Position numbers and translations under genes: made by a program
The notes under the pieces: generated by a model
What the model saw: only the letters and a program-made list of their open reading frames with translations
Told to the model about the DNA's origin: nothing
Database searches by the model: none
In this document: positions 1 to 9,418 of the stretch, piece after piece
How positions within the stretch are numbered: position 1 is the stretch's first letter
How the letters are laid out: every line of letters starts with the position of its first letter
Assembly: GCA_902594815.1 (NCBI GenBank)
Contig: CACJNL010000001.1
Location: forward strand, 6,188-70,187
Length of the DNA stretch: 64,000 bases
Direction: 5' to 3'
Source: an uncultured Alphaproteobacteria bacterium
Lineage (GTDB): Bacteria > Pseudomonadota > Alphaproteobacteria > HIMB59 > GCA-002718135

Positions 1-537
1 TACGAGTACAGATGGTGTTTTGTAAGTGGGATTACCCGTCCTTGAGTTTCTCTCAATCTCCCAATTTTTTTCTAAAAACTTATTAATTTCTCTTAACTGT
101 TTTGCAAAATCAATAGATGTGTTACCCTTAAGCTTAATATTTTTCCAATTTATTTTTTTTTGTTTCATTGGATTTTTGGATTGTAGATTTGCAGCCTCTG
201 AATAATGCATGTTTGAAATTACAAATACTGTGTTTTTATGCTCAACAAATCTATCTGGTAATTTTTCAAGCCCAAGTCTTACATCTTCCATACTGATTTC
301 TTTGGTGGATATTAAATGGGGTATGTGCGGGTGTTCTTGGTGAGCTTGACGCATAATATTCATTAATAACGAGCCATCACCCATCCCTGCATCAAAAATT
401 TTTAAACCAGGTTTAGTTGGTTTAATTTTTTTTATATATGGGTGAATATTATCAGCAATAATATTTTTTTCATTTGTTGTAGTAACAAATAATAAATATT
501 TTTGTCTATTGTCAAAAAATCTAAAATTTTTTTTCAT
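1..537 (-). CDS. hypothetical protein, N-terminal 179 codons only (3' end lies beyond the left edge); possible Rossmann/SAM-methyltransferase-like fold
   Basis: Not in the supplied track. The reverse frame is open from ATG (537-535) to base 1 with no stop: MKKNFRFFDNRQKYLLFVTTTNEKNIIADNIHPYIKKIKPTKPGLKIFDAGMGDGSLLMNIMRQAHQEH... The IFDAGMGDGSLL segment resembles the glycine-rich motif I of class I methyltransferases. It lies on the same strand, 52 nt downstream of the phnY-like gene. Confidence 0.5.
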   Translation of the reverse strand, partial: MKKNFRFFDNRQKYLLFVTTTNEKNIIADNIHPYIKKIKPTKPGLKIFDAGMGDGSLLMNIMRQAHQEHPHIPHLISTKEISMEDVRLGLEKLPDRFVEHKNTVFVISNMHYSEAANLQSKNPMKQKKINWKNIKLKGNTSIDFAKQLREINKFLEKNWEIERNSRTGNPTYKTPSVLV

Positions 538-589
538 TCAAAAAACTCAATTTATTATAAGTTTTATAAGAAATTTTTTCTTCATATAA

Positions 590-2029
590 TTACCAAGGAA
601 GGGAGAATGTTTTAACATTAGTAAAACTTTTCATCGCTTCAATAACTCCTTCTTTATATCCTAAACCAGAGTCTTTAATTCCACCAAATGGGGACATTTC
701 TATTCGATAACCTGGCACTTCCCAAATATTTACGGTACCAACATTTAATTCCTGTATGTAATGTTTCGCTCTATTAAAATTGTTAGTACAAACACCAGAG
801 GATAATCCAAAAGCAGTAGAATTAGAAATTTTAATCACTTCTTCATCAGTATCTGGGACTCTGATAATTGGAATTACAGGTCCAAAAGTCTCTTCCTTTA
901 CAAGTTCGCTTTTGTAATCAACATGATCTACAACTATAGGAGGGAGCAATGCTCCATTTCTACCAGGGTGATATAAAACTTTAGCGCCTTGTTCCTCTGC
1001 CATTGATACCCTTTTATCAAAAAGCTCTGCAGCTTCTGCATTAACAACAGTTCCTAAATCTGTTTGCATATCCATGGGGTCTCCAAACTTTATTTTTTTT
1101 GCTCTCTCCAAGGCCATTTCAACAAATTTATCAGCGACTTTATCTTGGCACAAAATTCTCTTTACGGCTGTACAACGCTGTCCTGAATTTTTAGTTGCAC
1201 CAGTTACAGCGAGCTCAACTGCTTTTTTTAGATCATCATCATTTAGGTCATTTAAAACAATTAAAGGATCATTTCCGCCTAACTCTAAAACAGTTCGTTT
1301 ATAACCAGCTTGTTCTGCAATATATTTACCAACACCAACACTACCGGTAAAAGTAATAAGATCTATGTTAGAATTTTTGATCATTTCTAACCCAATATCT
1401 TCAGGCCAACCTGTAACAACAGAAAACATTTCTGGGGGAAGACCAGCTTCGTATAAAACATCTGCTAAAATCATCGCTGTCATAGGTGTTAGCTCAGTTT
1501 GTTTACAAACGGTACAATTATTCGTTGCAATTGATGGGGCGATTTTGTGCGCAACCATATTAAGAGGATGATTGAACGGAGTAATTGCTGAAATTGCAGT
1601 TAAGGGTTCTCTTATTGTAAATATTTTTCTTGCCTTTCCGTGAGGTGTTAAATCACAAGAAAAAATTTCACCGTCATCTAAAATACAAAGTTGAGCGGTA
1701 AGGGAAAAAACATCAAAGGCTCTTCCCACTTCATAAAGTGAGTCTTGTTTGGAAATACCAAGCTCATAAGTAATAACATCCGATATTTCATCTTTTCTTT
1801 TTACTAATTCCTCAGCAGTCTTTTGAAGTATTTGTTGGCGTTCGTATCTGGTAAGTTTTGGTTTAAAATTAGCCGCTATGTCAAGAGCTTGCTTAGCATG
1901 CTCTGTAGTTCCTGCAGGAACAGTTCCAATTACTTCATTGGTATAAGGGTAATGAACATCAATATTTTTTTCAGCATCAACTTTTTTTCCAGCAATACGC
2001 ATTGATTGATGGTTAATTTTTTTTGTCAT
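590..2029 (-). CDS. phnY: NAD(P)-dependent aldehyde dehydrogenase, probable phosphonoacetaldehyde dehydrogenase
   Basis: 479-aa ORF with ALDH hallmarks (VLELGGNDP, catalytic-Cys motif GQRCTA). It shares a 1-nt junction (2029) with the phosphonoacetate hydrolase gene, the pairing known from the 2-aminoethylphosphonate PhnW/PhnY/PhnA route. The substrate call is by context only. Confidence 0.7.
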   Translation of the reverse strand: MTKKINHQSMRIAGKKVDAEKNIDVHYPYTNEVIGTVPAGTTEHAKQALDIAANFKPKLTRYERQQILQKTAEELVKRKDEISDVITYELGISKQDSLYEVGRAFDVFSLTAQLCILDDGEIFSCDLTPHGKARKIFTIREPLTAISAITPFNHPLNMVAHKIAPSIATNNCTVCKQTELTPMTAMILADVLYEAGLPPEMFSVVTGWPEDIGLEMIKNSNIDLITFTGSVGVGKYIAEQAGYKRTVLELGGNDPLIVLNDLNDDDLKKAVELAVTGATKNSGQRCTAVKRILCQDKVADKFVEMALERAKKIKFGDPMDMQTDLGTVVNAEAAELFDKRVSMAEEQGAKVLYHPGRNGALLPPIVVDHVDYKSELVKEETFGPVIPIIRVPDTDEEVIKISNSTAFGLSSGVCTNNFNRAKHYIQELNVGTVNIWEVPGYRIEMSPFGGIKDSGLGYKEGVIEAMKSFTNVKTFSLPW

Positions 2030-3270
2030 TACATCGCTCCTGATATGGCATGATAAAAGGCATCATAATTATTTAGCTTAATGTTAGCATCATTTAAATT
2101 AATTTTTTTATTAGAAATAAATGGAACCTCTCTCTCGTGAAGACCTCCATGGGAGCGAAGAGGTTCTTTTAATTTACTCAGATCGTGGGCTTTTTCTGCA
2201 GATCCTATTGTAGAGTTTTGTGAAGACATACAAATGATATCCCCCATTCTGTCTGTGGGTAAATCATACTGCGCGCATCCCTCTTTATTAGTAAGCACTA
2301 CCTCAATATCTTCTATTTTATTTATTTCTTCAATCGCATCATTGATTTTAGATTTATCACTTAAATAAACTGTCGCGAAAGAACCAAGAGCACCGTGATG
2401 AACTACGTATGGATCAGTTATAGGAAGAATAACTTTAGAAATATTCTTACCTAATGTTTCATCGAGTATATCCTGAAGAAAGATTGCATTTGGCGATCCA
2501 TCAGATCTAGATTTTGCTTGCATGCCATGATCAGCTGTTACAATAATTGAATTATTATTAACATTTAATTGTCCTATGTACCGATCAAACATAGCGTAAA
2601 AGGCATTTGCTACTTCATCGCCAGGGGCATATTTATGTTGGATAAAATCTGTTGTCGATAAATACATAATGTTAGGATTAAACTCGTTTAATATTTTTAC
2701 GCCAGCTGCCATTACAAATTCTGATAAACCTTGTGAATAAACATTTGGTACTTCCATGCCCAACCATTTATTTACATTCTCTATTCCGTTTTCACTTAAA
2801 TTAGCTTGATCCGACTTTTCAGAAGAAAAACAAATAGCTTTAGACTCATTAAATTTTAATCCATGGGATAAAAGTTTTCTCAGCTTATCTTTTGCGGTTA
2901 CAATAGCAATTTTAGCACCTTGCTCATAATATTTTTGAAAAATTGTAGGGGCTCTTAAAAATTGAGGATCGTTCATCATAACTTCTTCACCTGTTGAAGG
3001 AGTGTAAAAAAAATTTCCACAGATGCCGTGAACAGAGCTGGGTCTTCCAGTGACGATAGATATATTATTAGGGTTCGTAAAACTAGGGATGGCACTGTTT
3101 ACCAATAAGTCTTCTCCACTTTTTTTAAATGAATCAATATTGGGAGTAAGATTTAACTTTGATGCTTCTTCAAAATATTCTTTTTGGCTTCCATCTAAAC
3201 AAATAACGATTGCAGTTGATGACGGGATGCCTGGGTATTGTCGCTCATTAATTTCTATGGGTGATGACAT
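2029..3270 (-). CDS. phnA: phosphonoacetate hydrolase (alkaline-phosphatase superfamily)
   Basis: 413-aa ORF. It has the metal-site motifs of the nucleotide pyrophosphatase/AP superfamily (VICLDGS near the N-terminus, TADHGM). The [27 protein letters not shown] block is as I remember it from PhnA sequences. Adjacent to an ALDH. Confidence 0.7.
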   Translation of the reverse strand: MSSPIEINERQYPGIPSSTAIVICLDGSQKEYFEEASKLNLTPNIDSFKKSGEDLLVNSAIPSFTNPNNISIVTGRPSSVHGICGNFFYTPSTGEEVMMNDPQFLRAPTIFQKYYEQGAKIAIVTAKDKLRKLLSHGLKFNESKAICFSSEKSDQANLSENGIENVNKWLGMEVPNVYSQGLSEFVMAAGVKILNEFNPNIMYLSTTDFIQHKYAPGDEVANAFYAMFDRYIGQLNVNNNSIIVTADHGMQAKSRSDGSPNAIFLQDILDETLGKNISKVILPITDPYVVHHGALGSFATVYLSDKSKINDAIEEINKIEDIEVVLTNKEGCAQYDLPTDRMGDIICMSSQNSTIGSAEKAHDLSKLKEPLRSHGGLHEREVPFISNKKINLNDANIKLNNYDAFYHAISGAM

Positions 3271-3336
3271 AATACAAATTTTTTAATAATCTTAGAAGTG
3301 GTATCTATAATGAATTAGATGTAAAACCAACAAGAT

Positions 3337-4179
3337 TTGTCTTTAAACATTGTATTTTTTATTATTTTATTAGCGGCACTATGTCATGCAAGTTGGAGTG
3401 CCATTGTAAAGAATAGTAATAATGGTCTTGCGATGATGGCTATTACTTCGCTGATAGAAATAGTAGTTTTTCTCCCTTTGATTTTTACAGTACCTCTTCC
3501 GTCCCTAAATATTTGGTACTTTATTATTGCAACTACTATATTGCATGGTTTTTATCGATATAGTGTTGTTGTATCTTATCAATATGGTGATCTTTCTTTT
3601 GTCTATCCCATAGCAAGAGGAGGATCATGTCTTATTATTGGACTGGTTACTCTATTATTTATTCAGAACAATATTAACTTTGCTGGAATTATTGGAATTG
3701 TTGTCATCTGTGCGGGTTTATTTATGATTTCTTTTTTATCAGCAAAAAAATTTAACATGGTTGCTTTTACTATCGCCGTGATTACAGCAAGTTTAATTGC
3801 GAGCTATACACTACTAGATGGAATTGCTGTGCGCTCCAGTGAAAATCCATTTACTTTCATTTATTGGATGTTGTTATTAAATGGTATCCCCATGCTCATT
3901 TACGCCTCATTTGCAAAAAATGGGTTACGTAAAAAAAATAGTTACAATATTAAAGATGGTGTTGTAGCTGGAGTTCTCGCAATTCTTGGTTATGGGCTCG
4001 TAGTATGGTCAATGCAGTTTATTGAGATTGCTTACGTGTCTAGCATAAGGGAAGTAAGTATCGTCTTAGCCACAATAATAAGCCTTTATATTCTTAAGGA
4101 AAAAGATGCATTACAAAGGATAATCCCATCCATCATAATAGTTAGTGGTGTCAGTATTTTATATTTTCAAATAACCTAA
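3337..4179 (+). CDS. DMT/EamA-family membrane transporter
   Basis: 280-aa polytopic hydrophobic ORF of about 10 TM helices with two EamA-like halves. The start is TTG at 3337. Divergent from the phn genes. Confidence 0.7.
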   Translation: MSLNIVFFIILLAALCHASWSAIVKNSNNGLAMMAITSLIEIVVFLPLIFTVPLPSLNIWYFIIATTILHGFYRYSVVVSYQYGDLSFVYPIARGGSCLIIGLVTLLFIQNNINFAGIIGIVVICAGLFMISFLSAKKFNMVAFTIAVITASLIASYTLLDGIAVRSSENPFTFIYWMLLLNGIPMLIYASFAKNGLRKKNSYNIKDGVVAGVLAILGYGLVVWSMQFIEIAYVSSIREVSIVLATIISLYILKEKDALQRIIPSIIIVSGVSILYFQIT

Positions 4180-4231
4180 AAATCTCGAAAAAACCTAGAC
4201 TATTGAGCTGAAATTTTTTATAGCGGGGATA

Positions 4232-4393
4232 ATGGAACAAATTACTATAAAAGTATCAGCAGAAACAGAAACTATATGTTGCGATGGTGGTCAAGATGGT
4301 TTAGGACACCCCGCAGTTTATTATAGCTTTGATAATCAAGATAAAGTTGTCTGCGGCTATTGTGGTAAAATTTATATTAAAGAAAAAGAGTAA
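4232..4393 (+). CDS. small zinc-finger (CHCC/NDUFS6-like) protein, 53 aa
   Basis: Not in the track because it is under 60 aa. Sequence: MEQITIKVSAETETICCDGGQDGLGHPAVYYSFDNQDKVVCGYCGKIYIKEKE. The C..GG....HP...(L) ... C.YCG pattern is typical of the zf-CHCC domain conserved in alphaproteobacteria. The stop is 5 nt before the next gene. Confidence 0.55.
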   Translation: MEQITIKVSAETETICCDGGQDGLGHPAVYYSFDNQDKVVCGYCGKIYIKEKE

Positions 4394-4398
4394 CTAAT

Positions 4399-4755
4399 AT
4401 GTACAAAGAATCATGGGGAGAGAAAAGAATTTGTCCAATGTGTAGTAAACAATACTACGACCTTGGTAGATCAGAGTTGGAATGTCCAGAATGTGGTAAA
4501 GAAATAGAAGTTACCACAATGTCACGACCAAGACGTGGGAGAAAACCAGGTAGTACAAATGCTGCTCCACTTACGAACCCTATACCGCCAAAGCCTAAAG
4601 AAAAAGATGATGATCTTGATATCGAAAATTTAGATTTAGATAATAATGATGATAATCTTGAAGATGATACAGTGCTTCTTGAAGATGAAACAGAAATCGA
4701 TCCAGCTACTGATGCAGGCATTAGACCTCCTGAAGACGGCGAAGAACAATATTAA
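4399..4755 (+). CDS. TIGR02300 (FYDLN_acid) family zinc-ribbon protein with acidic tail
   Basis: 118 aa. N-terminal CPMC...YYDLG...CPECG zinc ribbon followed by a basic stretch and a D/E-rich C-terminus, the defining architecture of the FYDLN_acid family. Confidence 0.7.
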   Translation: MYKESWGEKRICPMCSKQYYDLGRSELECPECGKEIEVTTMSRPRRGRKPGSTNAAPLTNPIPPKPKEKDDDLDIENLDLDNNDDNLEDDTVLLEDETEIDPATDAGIRPPEDGEEQY

Positions 4756-4777
4756 TTTTTATTAAAATAATTTTCAC

Positions 4778-6016
4778 ATGTTGACTGTTCTACGCAACAC
4801 TTGGGCCCTTTTTTTCGGTTTTGGTATTATTTGTTTAGCTCATGGTCTGCAAGGAACGTTAATTGGTGTACGATCCGTTCTCGAAGGATTTAGTTTTTTT
4901 TTAACAGGATTGATTGTTGCGGGTTACTATGTAGGATATTTAACTGGATCCGTTGTTATTCCAATTTTTTTAAAACGGGTGGGACATATACGTGTGTTCG
5001 CTGCACTCGCTTCACTAGCATCGATAGCTATTCTCTTACATACCGTATTTCTGGATCCCTATTCTTGGTTTTTTATACGAATTTTAACAGGGACAAGCTT
5101 ATCTGGGATTTATATTATAATGGAGAGTTGGTTAAATGATAAATCAACAAACGAAACGCGTGGAAAGCTCTTATCAATCTATATGATCATCACTTTTGTT
5201 TTTGTTGGTCTTGGTCAACTCCTTCTTAATATCAGTGATCCTGCCAAAGTTGACTTATTTATTTTAGTTTCAATTCTTTTATCTTTTGCATTACTCCCTA
5301 TACTTCTTTCTAACACTGAACAACCTAACACAACTGATACAAAAAGTTTTTCTCTTGCTGAATTTTATGCAATCTCTCCTTTAGGATTTGTTGGTGCTCT
5401 ATTTACTGGTTTAGCACACAGTGCAGTATTTGGATACGGCGCAGTATATGCTACTGCTAAAGGATTGAGCGTCTTAGAAGTATCTATCTTTATGATTATC
5501 ATCACTTCCTTTGGTGCGTTATCTCAATGGCCTATTGGGTATCTATCAGATCGGATGGATAGAAGATTAATCTTAATTGGCGTTACTTTTATTGCTTCTG
5601 GATTATGTGTTTTGATTGTTGGATCCTCTTATATTTCACTAACTTTGTTTTTTATTCTTACTGCGATTTACTCCTGCATGTCTTTGCCAATGTATTCATT
5701 AGCAATTGCACACACAAATGACTTTCTTCAACAAAATGAGATTGTTGCTGCAAGTTCTGCATTTGCAAAACTCATGGGAATTGGTTCAATTCTAGGACCT
5801 TTGATGGTTTCGGCGATGATGAGCGTAACTGGCCCAAACGGCTATCATATTTATCTTCTTTTGATACATGGGTTACTTGGTTTATTTGGTCTATATCGTA
5901 TGACAAAAAGAGCAATTCCTGCTGATAGTGAGTCCCAATACGTTCCTCTGCCTCGCAACATAACACCTGCAGGTATGGAGCTCAACCCGGTCACTGAGCC
6001 AATCGAGGAACAATAA
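4778..6016 (+). CDS. MFS transporter
   Basis: 412 aa, about 12 TM segments, with an MFS-like loop motif (LSDRMDRRLIL). Confidence 0.8.
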   Translation: MLTVLRNTWALFFGFGIICLAHGLQGTLIGVRSVLEGFSFFLTGLIVAGYYVGYLTGSVVIPIFLKRVGHIRVFAALASLASIAILLHTVFLDPYSWFFIRILTGTSLSGIYIIMESWLNDKSTNETRGKLLSIYMIITFVFVGLGQLLLNISDPAKVDLFILVSILLSFALLPILLSNTEQPNTTDTKSFSLAEFYAISPLGFVGALFTGLAHSAVFGYGAVYATAKGLSVLEVSIFMIIITSFGALSQWPIGYLSDRMDRRLILIGVTFIASGLCVLIVGSSYISLTLFFILTAIYSCMSLPMYSLAIAHTNDFLQQNEIVAASSAFAKLMGIGSILGPLMVSAMMSVTGPNGYHIYLLLIHGLLGLFGLYRMTKRAIPADSESQYVPLPRNITPAGMELNPVTEPIEEQ

Positions 6017-6597
6017 CTTTGTAATAAAATCTGTATAGCAGCAATGCTAAAATGATAAAAATATATATCGCAGGCTCAATCTTATTTGCTCTTACAAGCA
6101 TGAAAAAATGAACGCTGGATAATAGGGCTGCAGGATAAATCAAGTAGTGAATTTTTTTCCAAACTTTATAACCTAATTTTTTTAGCATTTTTTTTGGAGA
6201 AGTAACGACCAGTGGAATGAGTAAAACAAAGCTTAAAAAAACCAAAGGTAATGAAAGGTCGTTTGATTATATCTTTTATAATAAAACTAATATCAAAAAA
6301 ATGATCTAAAGCGATATATGTTAAAAAATGACAAGCAACATAAAAGAAAGCAAACAAACCAATCATTCGCCGAATATCAACTAGAAATCGTAATTTTTTA
6401 AATTCACTTAATGAAGAAATGATTAGCGTTGCAATAATAAGCCGCAAACCCATCTCCCCTAAATTATCCATTAATTTTTCAATAGGGTTAACGCCTAATG
6501 AACCATTAATAAGTTGCAATGACCACACAAAGCTAGGTGCTATTATTGCTAAAAAAATGATGGGCTTAAATTTTCGAAAAGAGTTAGTTGATATCAT
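5991..6597 (-). pseudogene. msrQ: msrQ (heme-binding membrane subunit of periplasmic Met-sulfoxide reductase), interrupted by a +1 frame change at an A7/T7 run
   Basis: Two overlapping track ORFs (6166..6597 and 5991..6245) together give a complete YedZ/MsrQ: ...IIKRPFITFGF | LSFVLLIPLVVTSPKKMLKKLGYKVWKKIHYLIYPAALLSSVHFFM... The join falls in the run at 6235-6241. Deleting one base restores one roughly 198-aa ORF. It could be a sequencing artefact. Confidence 0.7.
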
Positions 6598-6600
6598 TAA

Positions 6601-7522
6601 TTAATAATATTTTTTTAAATCCATTCCCTGATACATATGACTAACTTCTTCTTCATATCCATTAAACATTAGAGTTTTACGTCGTTTTAAATTCTCCAAT
6701 ACGTCTTTCTGTAGCCTGACTCCATCTAGGGTGATCAACACTATTATTGACGTTTGAATAAAAACCATATTCATTTGGAGCTAACATCGACCATGTTGCA
6801 TCAGGCTGTTTATCAACAAATTTAATTGTTGTGATGGACTTAATAGATTTAAAACCATATTTCCACGGAACAACTAATCGTATTGGGGCACCACTTTGAT
6901 TAAGTAAGTCATGACCATATAATCCAGTTGATAAAATAGTTAGTGGGTGCATCGCTTCATCCATGCGTAAACCTTCAACATATGGCCATGGTAGTAATCT
7001 TCTTTTTTGACCTGGCATTTCTTCAGGACGAAAAACAGTAACAATCTGAATAAACTTTGCTGAAGATAAAGGGTCTGCTATTTTAATAATTTCAGATAAG
7101 GGAAATCCTTGCCAGGGAATAACCATAGACCAAGCTTCGACGCATCTGAGTCTGTACACTCTGTCTTCAATAGTAACTGTATTTAAAATTTTTTCCAAAT
7201 CTAGGACTTGAGGATTGTTTATGAGACCTTCTAGTGAGATAGACCATGGTTTTGCTTTAAAGTTACCAGAGTTTTCAGATGGGTCAGTCTTTCCCATACC
7301 AAATTCATAAAAATTATTATACGTCGTTATATCCTCATACGTATTGAGACTATCGTTCTCATCTAATTGATTTTCGAAGAGATTGTCTTTGCCTAAATGA
7401 CTAGCTTGCAAGCCAGTTGACGCCCCTATAAAAACACCGGCAGCAACAGATGATTTAATAAATTTTCTCCTATTTAAGTAGGTTCTATAGGGTGTAATCT
7501 CTGAAGATAAAATTTTCATCAC
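6601..7522 (-). pseudogene. msrP: msrP (molybdopterin periplasmic Met-sulfoxide reductase, YedY), C-terminus displaced by a +1 frame change
   Basis: The track ORF 6677..7522 has a Tat signal (NRRKFIKSS) and a YedY-like body ending ...HPRWSQATERRIGEFKTT*. The next frame continues (R)RKTLMFNGYEEEVSHMYQGMDLKKYY*, stop at 6601-6603. This is the conserved MsrP C-terminus, placed 3 nt before the msrQ ATG. The shift lies around 6680-6695 (TTT AAAA CG). Confidence 0.7.
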
Positions 7523-7607
7523 ATTATATATATAGGGTAATTATAAAAAAAGTAGCGTCATTAAACTTACCCTTCAAAATACCTTATTTAGTTGATAGAA
7601 AGATACT

Positions 7608-9410
7608 ATGTTACGCAATCCACTTTTTTTAATAAGTATTTTTTTAATATTTTTTAGCACTTCTTCCTTTGCTGAAAAAACTCACGGAATTGCGATGCAC
7701 GGAAAACCAAAATATGAAGAGGGATTTACCCATCTAGACTATGTTAATCCTGATGCGCCTAAAGGTGGAACTGTTCGCTTTGGAGCATACGGCGCCTTCG
7801 ATAACTTAAACAGGGTTGCTTTTAAGGGATCAAAAGCAGCAGGTCTTGGTTACATAAATGATACATTAATGAGAAGAGTTTGGGATGAAGCATTCACCTT
7901 GTATGGTTTAATTGCAGAATATGCAGATATGCCTGATGATAGATCATCAATTACTTTTTATATTAATCCTAATGCAAAATTTCATGACGGTTCTCCAATT
8001 ACGAGAGAAGATGTCTTGTTTAGCTTAGAGACTTTTCAAACAAAAGGGACGCCAAATCAAAAAAAGACGTACGGTAAAGTTACATCGACTGAAATGATTG
8101 GTGAAAACGGCATTAAAATGAATTTTATAAATAATGAAGATAAAGAGCTTCCTCTTATTGTTGCAGGCTTCCTGCCGATTATCCCAAAAAAATATTATTC
8201 AACAATTGATGTTACAAAAACGTTTCTAGATATTCCCCTTGGAAGTGGCCCTTACAAAATTGAAAGCTTAGAGCCTGGACGTCAAATTAAATATCAACGT
8301 GTAAAAGATTATTGGGCAAAAGATTTGCCCGTTCATAAGGGTCAGTATAACTTTGATGAAATAGTATATGATTACTACAAGGACTCAAATGTACTTGTAG
8401 AAGCTTTCAAGGTAGGTGAGTATGATTATCGCCGTGAATATAATGCCAAAAGATGGTTTGCTGAATATGAGTTTGATGCAGTAGCAGAAGGTGATGTAAT
8501 TTTAAATGAGATGAAAAATGATAGACCTTCTGGAATGAATGCACTTGTCTTTAATTCACGAAAAGATATTTTCAGCAATCCACGAGTTCGCTACGCACTA
8601 TCGTATGCATATGATCATGAATGGATAAATAAAGTTTTATATAATAATGCGTATGTGAGAACAGATAGTTATTTTGATAATTCTCCTCTCGCATCAACTG
8701 GTTTACCTTCAAAAGAAGAATTAGTCTTATTAGAGCCTTTTAAGAACCAATTACCTCCAGAGATCTTTACTTCTTCATATGCACCTCCTGAAACAGACGG
8801 GAGTGGCAATCCAAGAGAGAATTTAAGAATTGCAAAAAAAATATTAGAGGAAGAAGGATGGGCTATTAACGATGGAAAATTAATGAAAGATGGAAAACAT
8901 TTTGAGTTTGAATTTTTAATCGTTAGTCCCTCCGTTGAAAAAATAGCTCTAGCTTTTCAAAAAACTTTAGAGGTACTAGGTATTACAATGAATGTGCGAA
9001 CGGTGGACTCATCACAATACCAAGGAAGATTATTAAATTATGATTTTGATATGATTAAAGCCTCTTGGAATGTCAGTCTAAGCCCAGGAAATGAACAACA
9101 ATTTTATTATGGGTCAGAGGTTGGTAAAAAAGAAGGTAGTAGAAATTATGCTGGTGTCGATAGTGAAGTTGTAGACTTTTTAATTGAACAATTAGTTGGC
9201 GCAAAAACGAGGGAAGAGTTAACGACCGCAATCCACGCTTTAGATAGAGTGCTTTTGTGGGGTCATTATGTGATACCTTTATATCATAGTAATACCGACC
9301 GCATTGCTTATTGGAATATGTTTGATTTTCCTGACACCATCCCTCTGTATGGAATTGTCATTGAGTCTTGGTGGATAGATCAAGAAAAAGAAAAAAAACT
9401 TAATCGTTAA
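7608..9410 (+). CDS. ABC transporter substrate-binding protein, family 5 (peptide/opine/YejA-like)
   Basis: 600 aa with a signal peptide. Size and sequence blocks are typical of SBP_bac_5 YejA-type proteins. No cognate permease or ATPase genes are nearby. Confidence 0.8.
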   Translation: MLRNPLFLISIFLIFFSTSSFAEKTHGIAMHGKPKYEEGFTHLDYVNPDAPKGGTVRFGAYGAFDNLNRVAFKGSKAAGLGYINDTLMRRVWDEAFTLYGLIAEYADMPDDRSSITFYINPNAKFHDGSPITREDVLFSLETFQTKGTPNQKKTYGKVTSTEMIGENGIKMNFINNEDKELPLIVAGFLPIIPKKYYSTIDVTKTFLDIPLGSGPYKIESLEPGRQIKYQRVKDYWAKDLPVHKGQYNFDEIVYDYYKDSNVLVEAFKVGEYDYRREYNAKRWFAEYEFDAVAEGDVILNEMKNDRPSGMNALVFNSRKDIFSNPRVRYALSYAYDHEWINKVLYNNAYVRTDSYFDNSPLASTGLPSKEELVLLEPFKNQLPPEIFTSSYAPPETDGSGNPRENLRIAKKILEEEGWAINDGKLMKDGKHFEFEFLIVSPSVEKIALAFQKTLEVLGITMNVRTVDSSQYQGRLLNYDFDMIKASWNVSLSPGNEQQFYYGSEVGKKEGSRNYAGVDSEVVDFLIEQLVGAKTREELTTAIHALDRVLLWGHYVIPLYHSNTDRIAYWNMFDFPDTIPLYGIVIESWWIDQEKEKKLNR

Positions 9411-9418
9411 TTTTTACA

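Noticed and set aside
1074-2005. Plus-strand ORFs 1074..1304, 1365..1571 and 1823..2005 inside the ALDH gene
   Set aside because: They are antisense to a strongly supported, motif-bearing gene. Their sequences are low-complexity with no start context. Chance ORFs of this kind are typical opposite a real gene in AT-rich DNA.
3271-3336. Pho box upstream of phnA
   Set aside because: I could not find CTGTCAT-type direct repeats by eye, so no claim is made.
4455-4721. 88-aa minus-strand ORF opposite the FYDLN_acid gene
   Set aside because: It is an S-rich mirror image of the acidic GAT/GAA-rich tail on the other strand, with no independent support.
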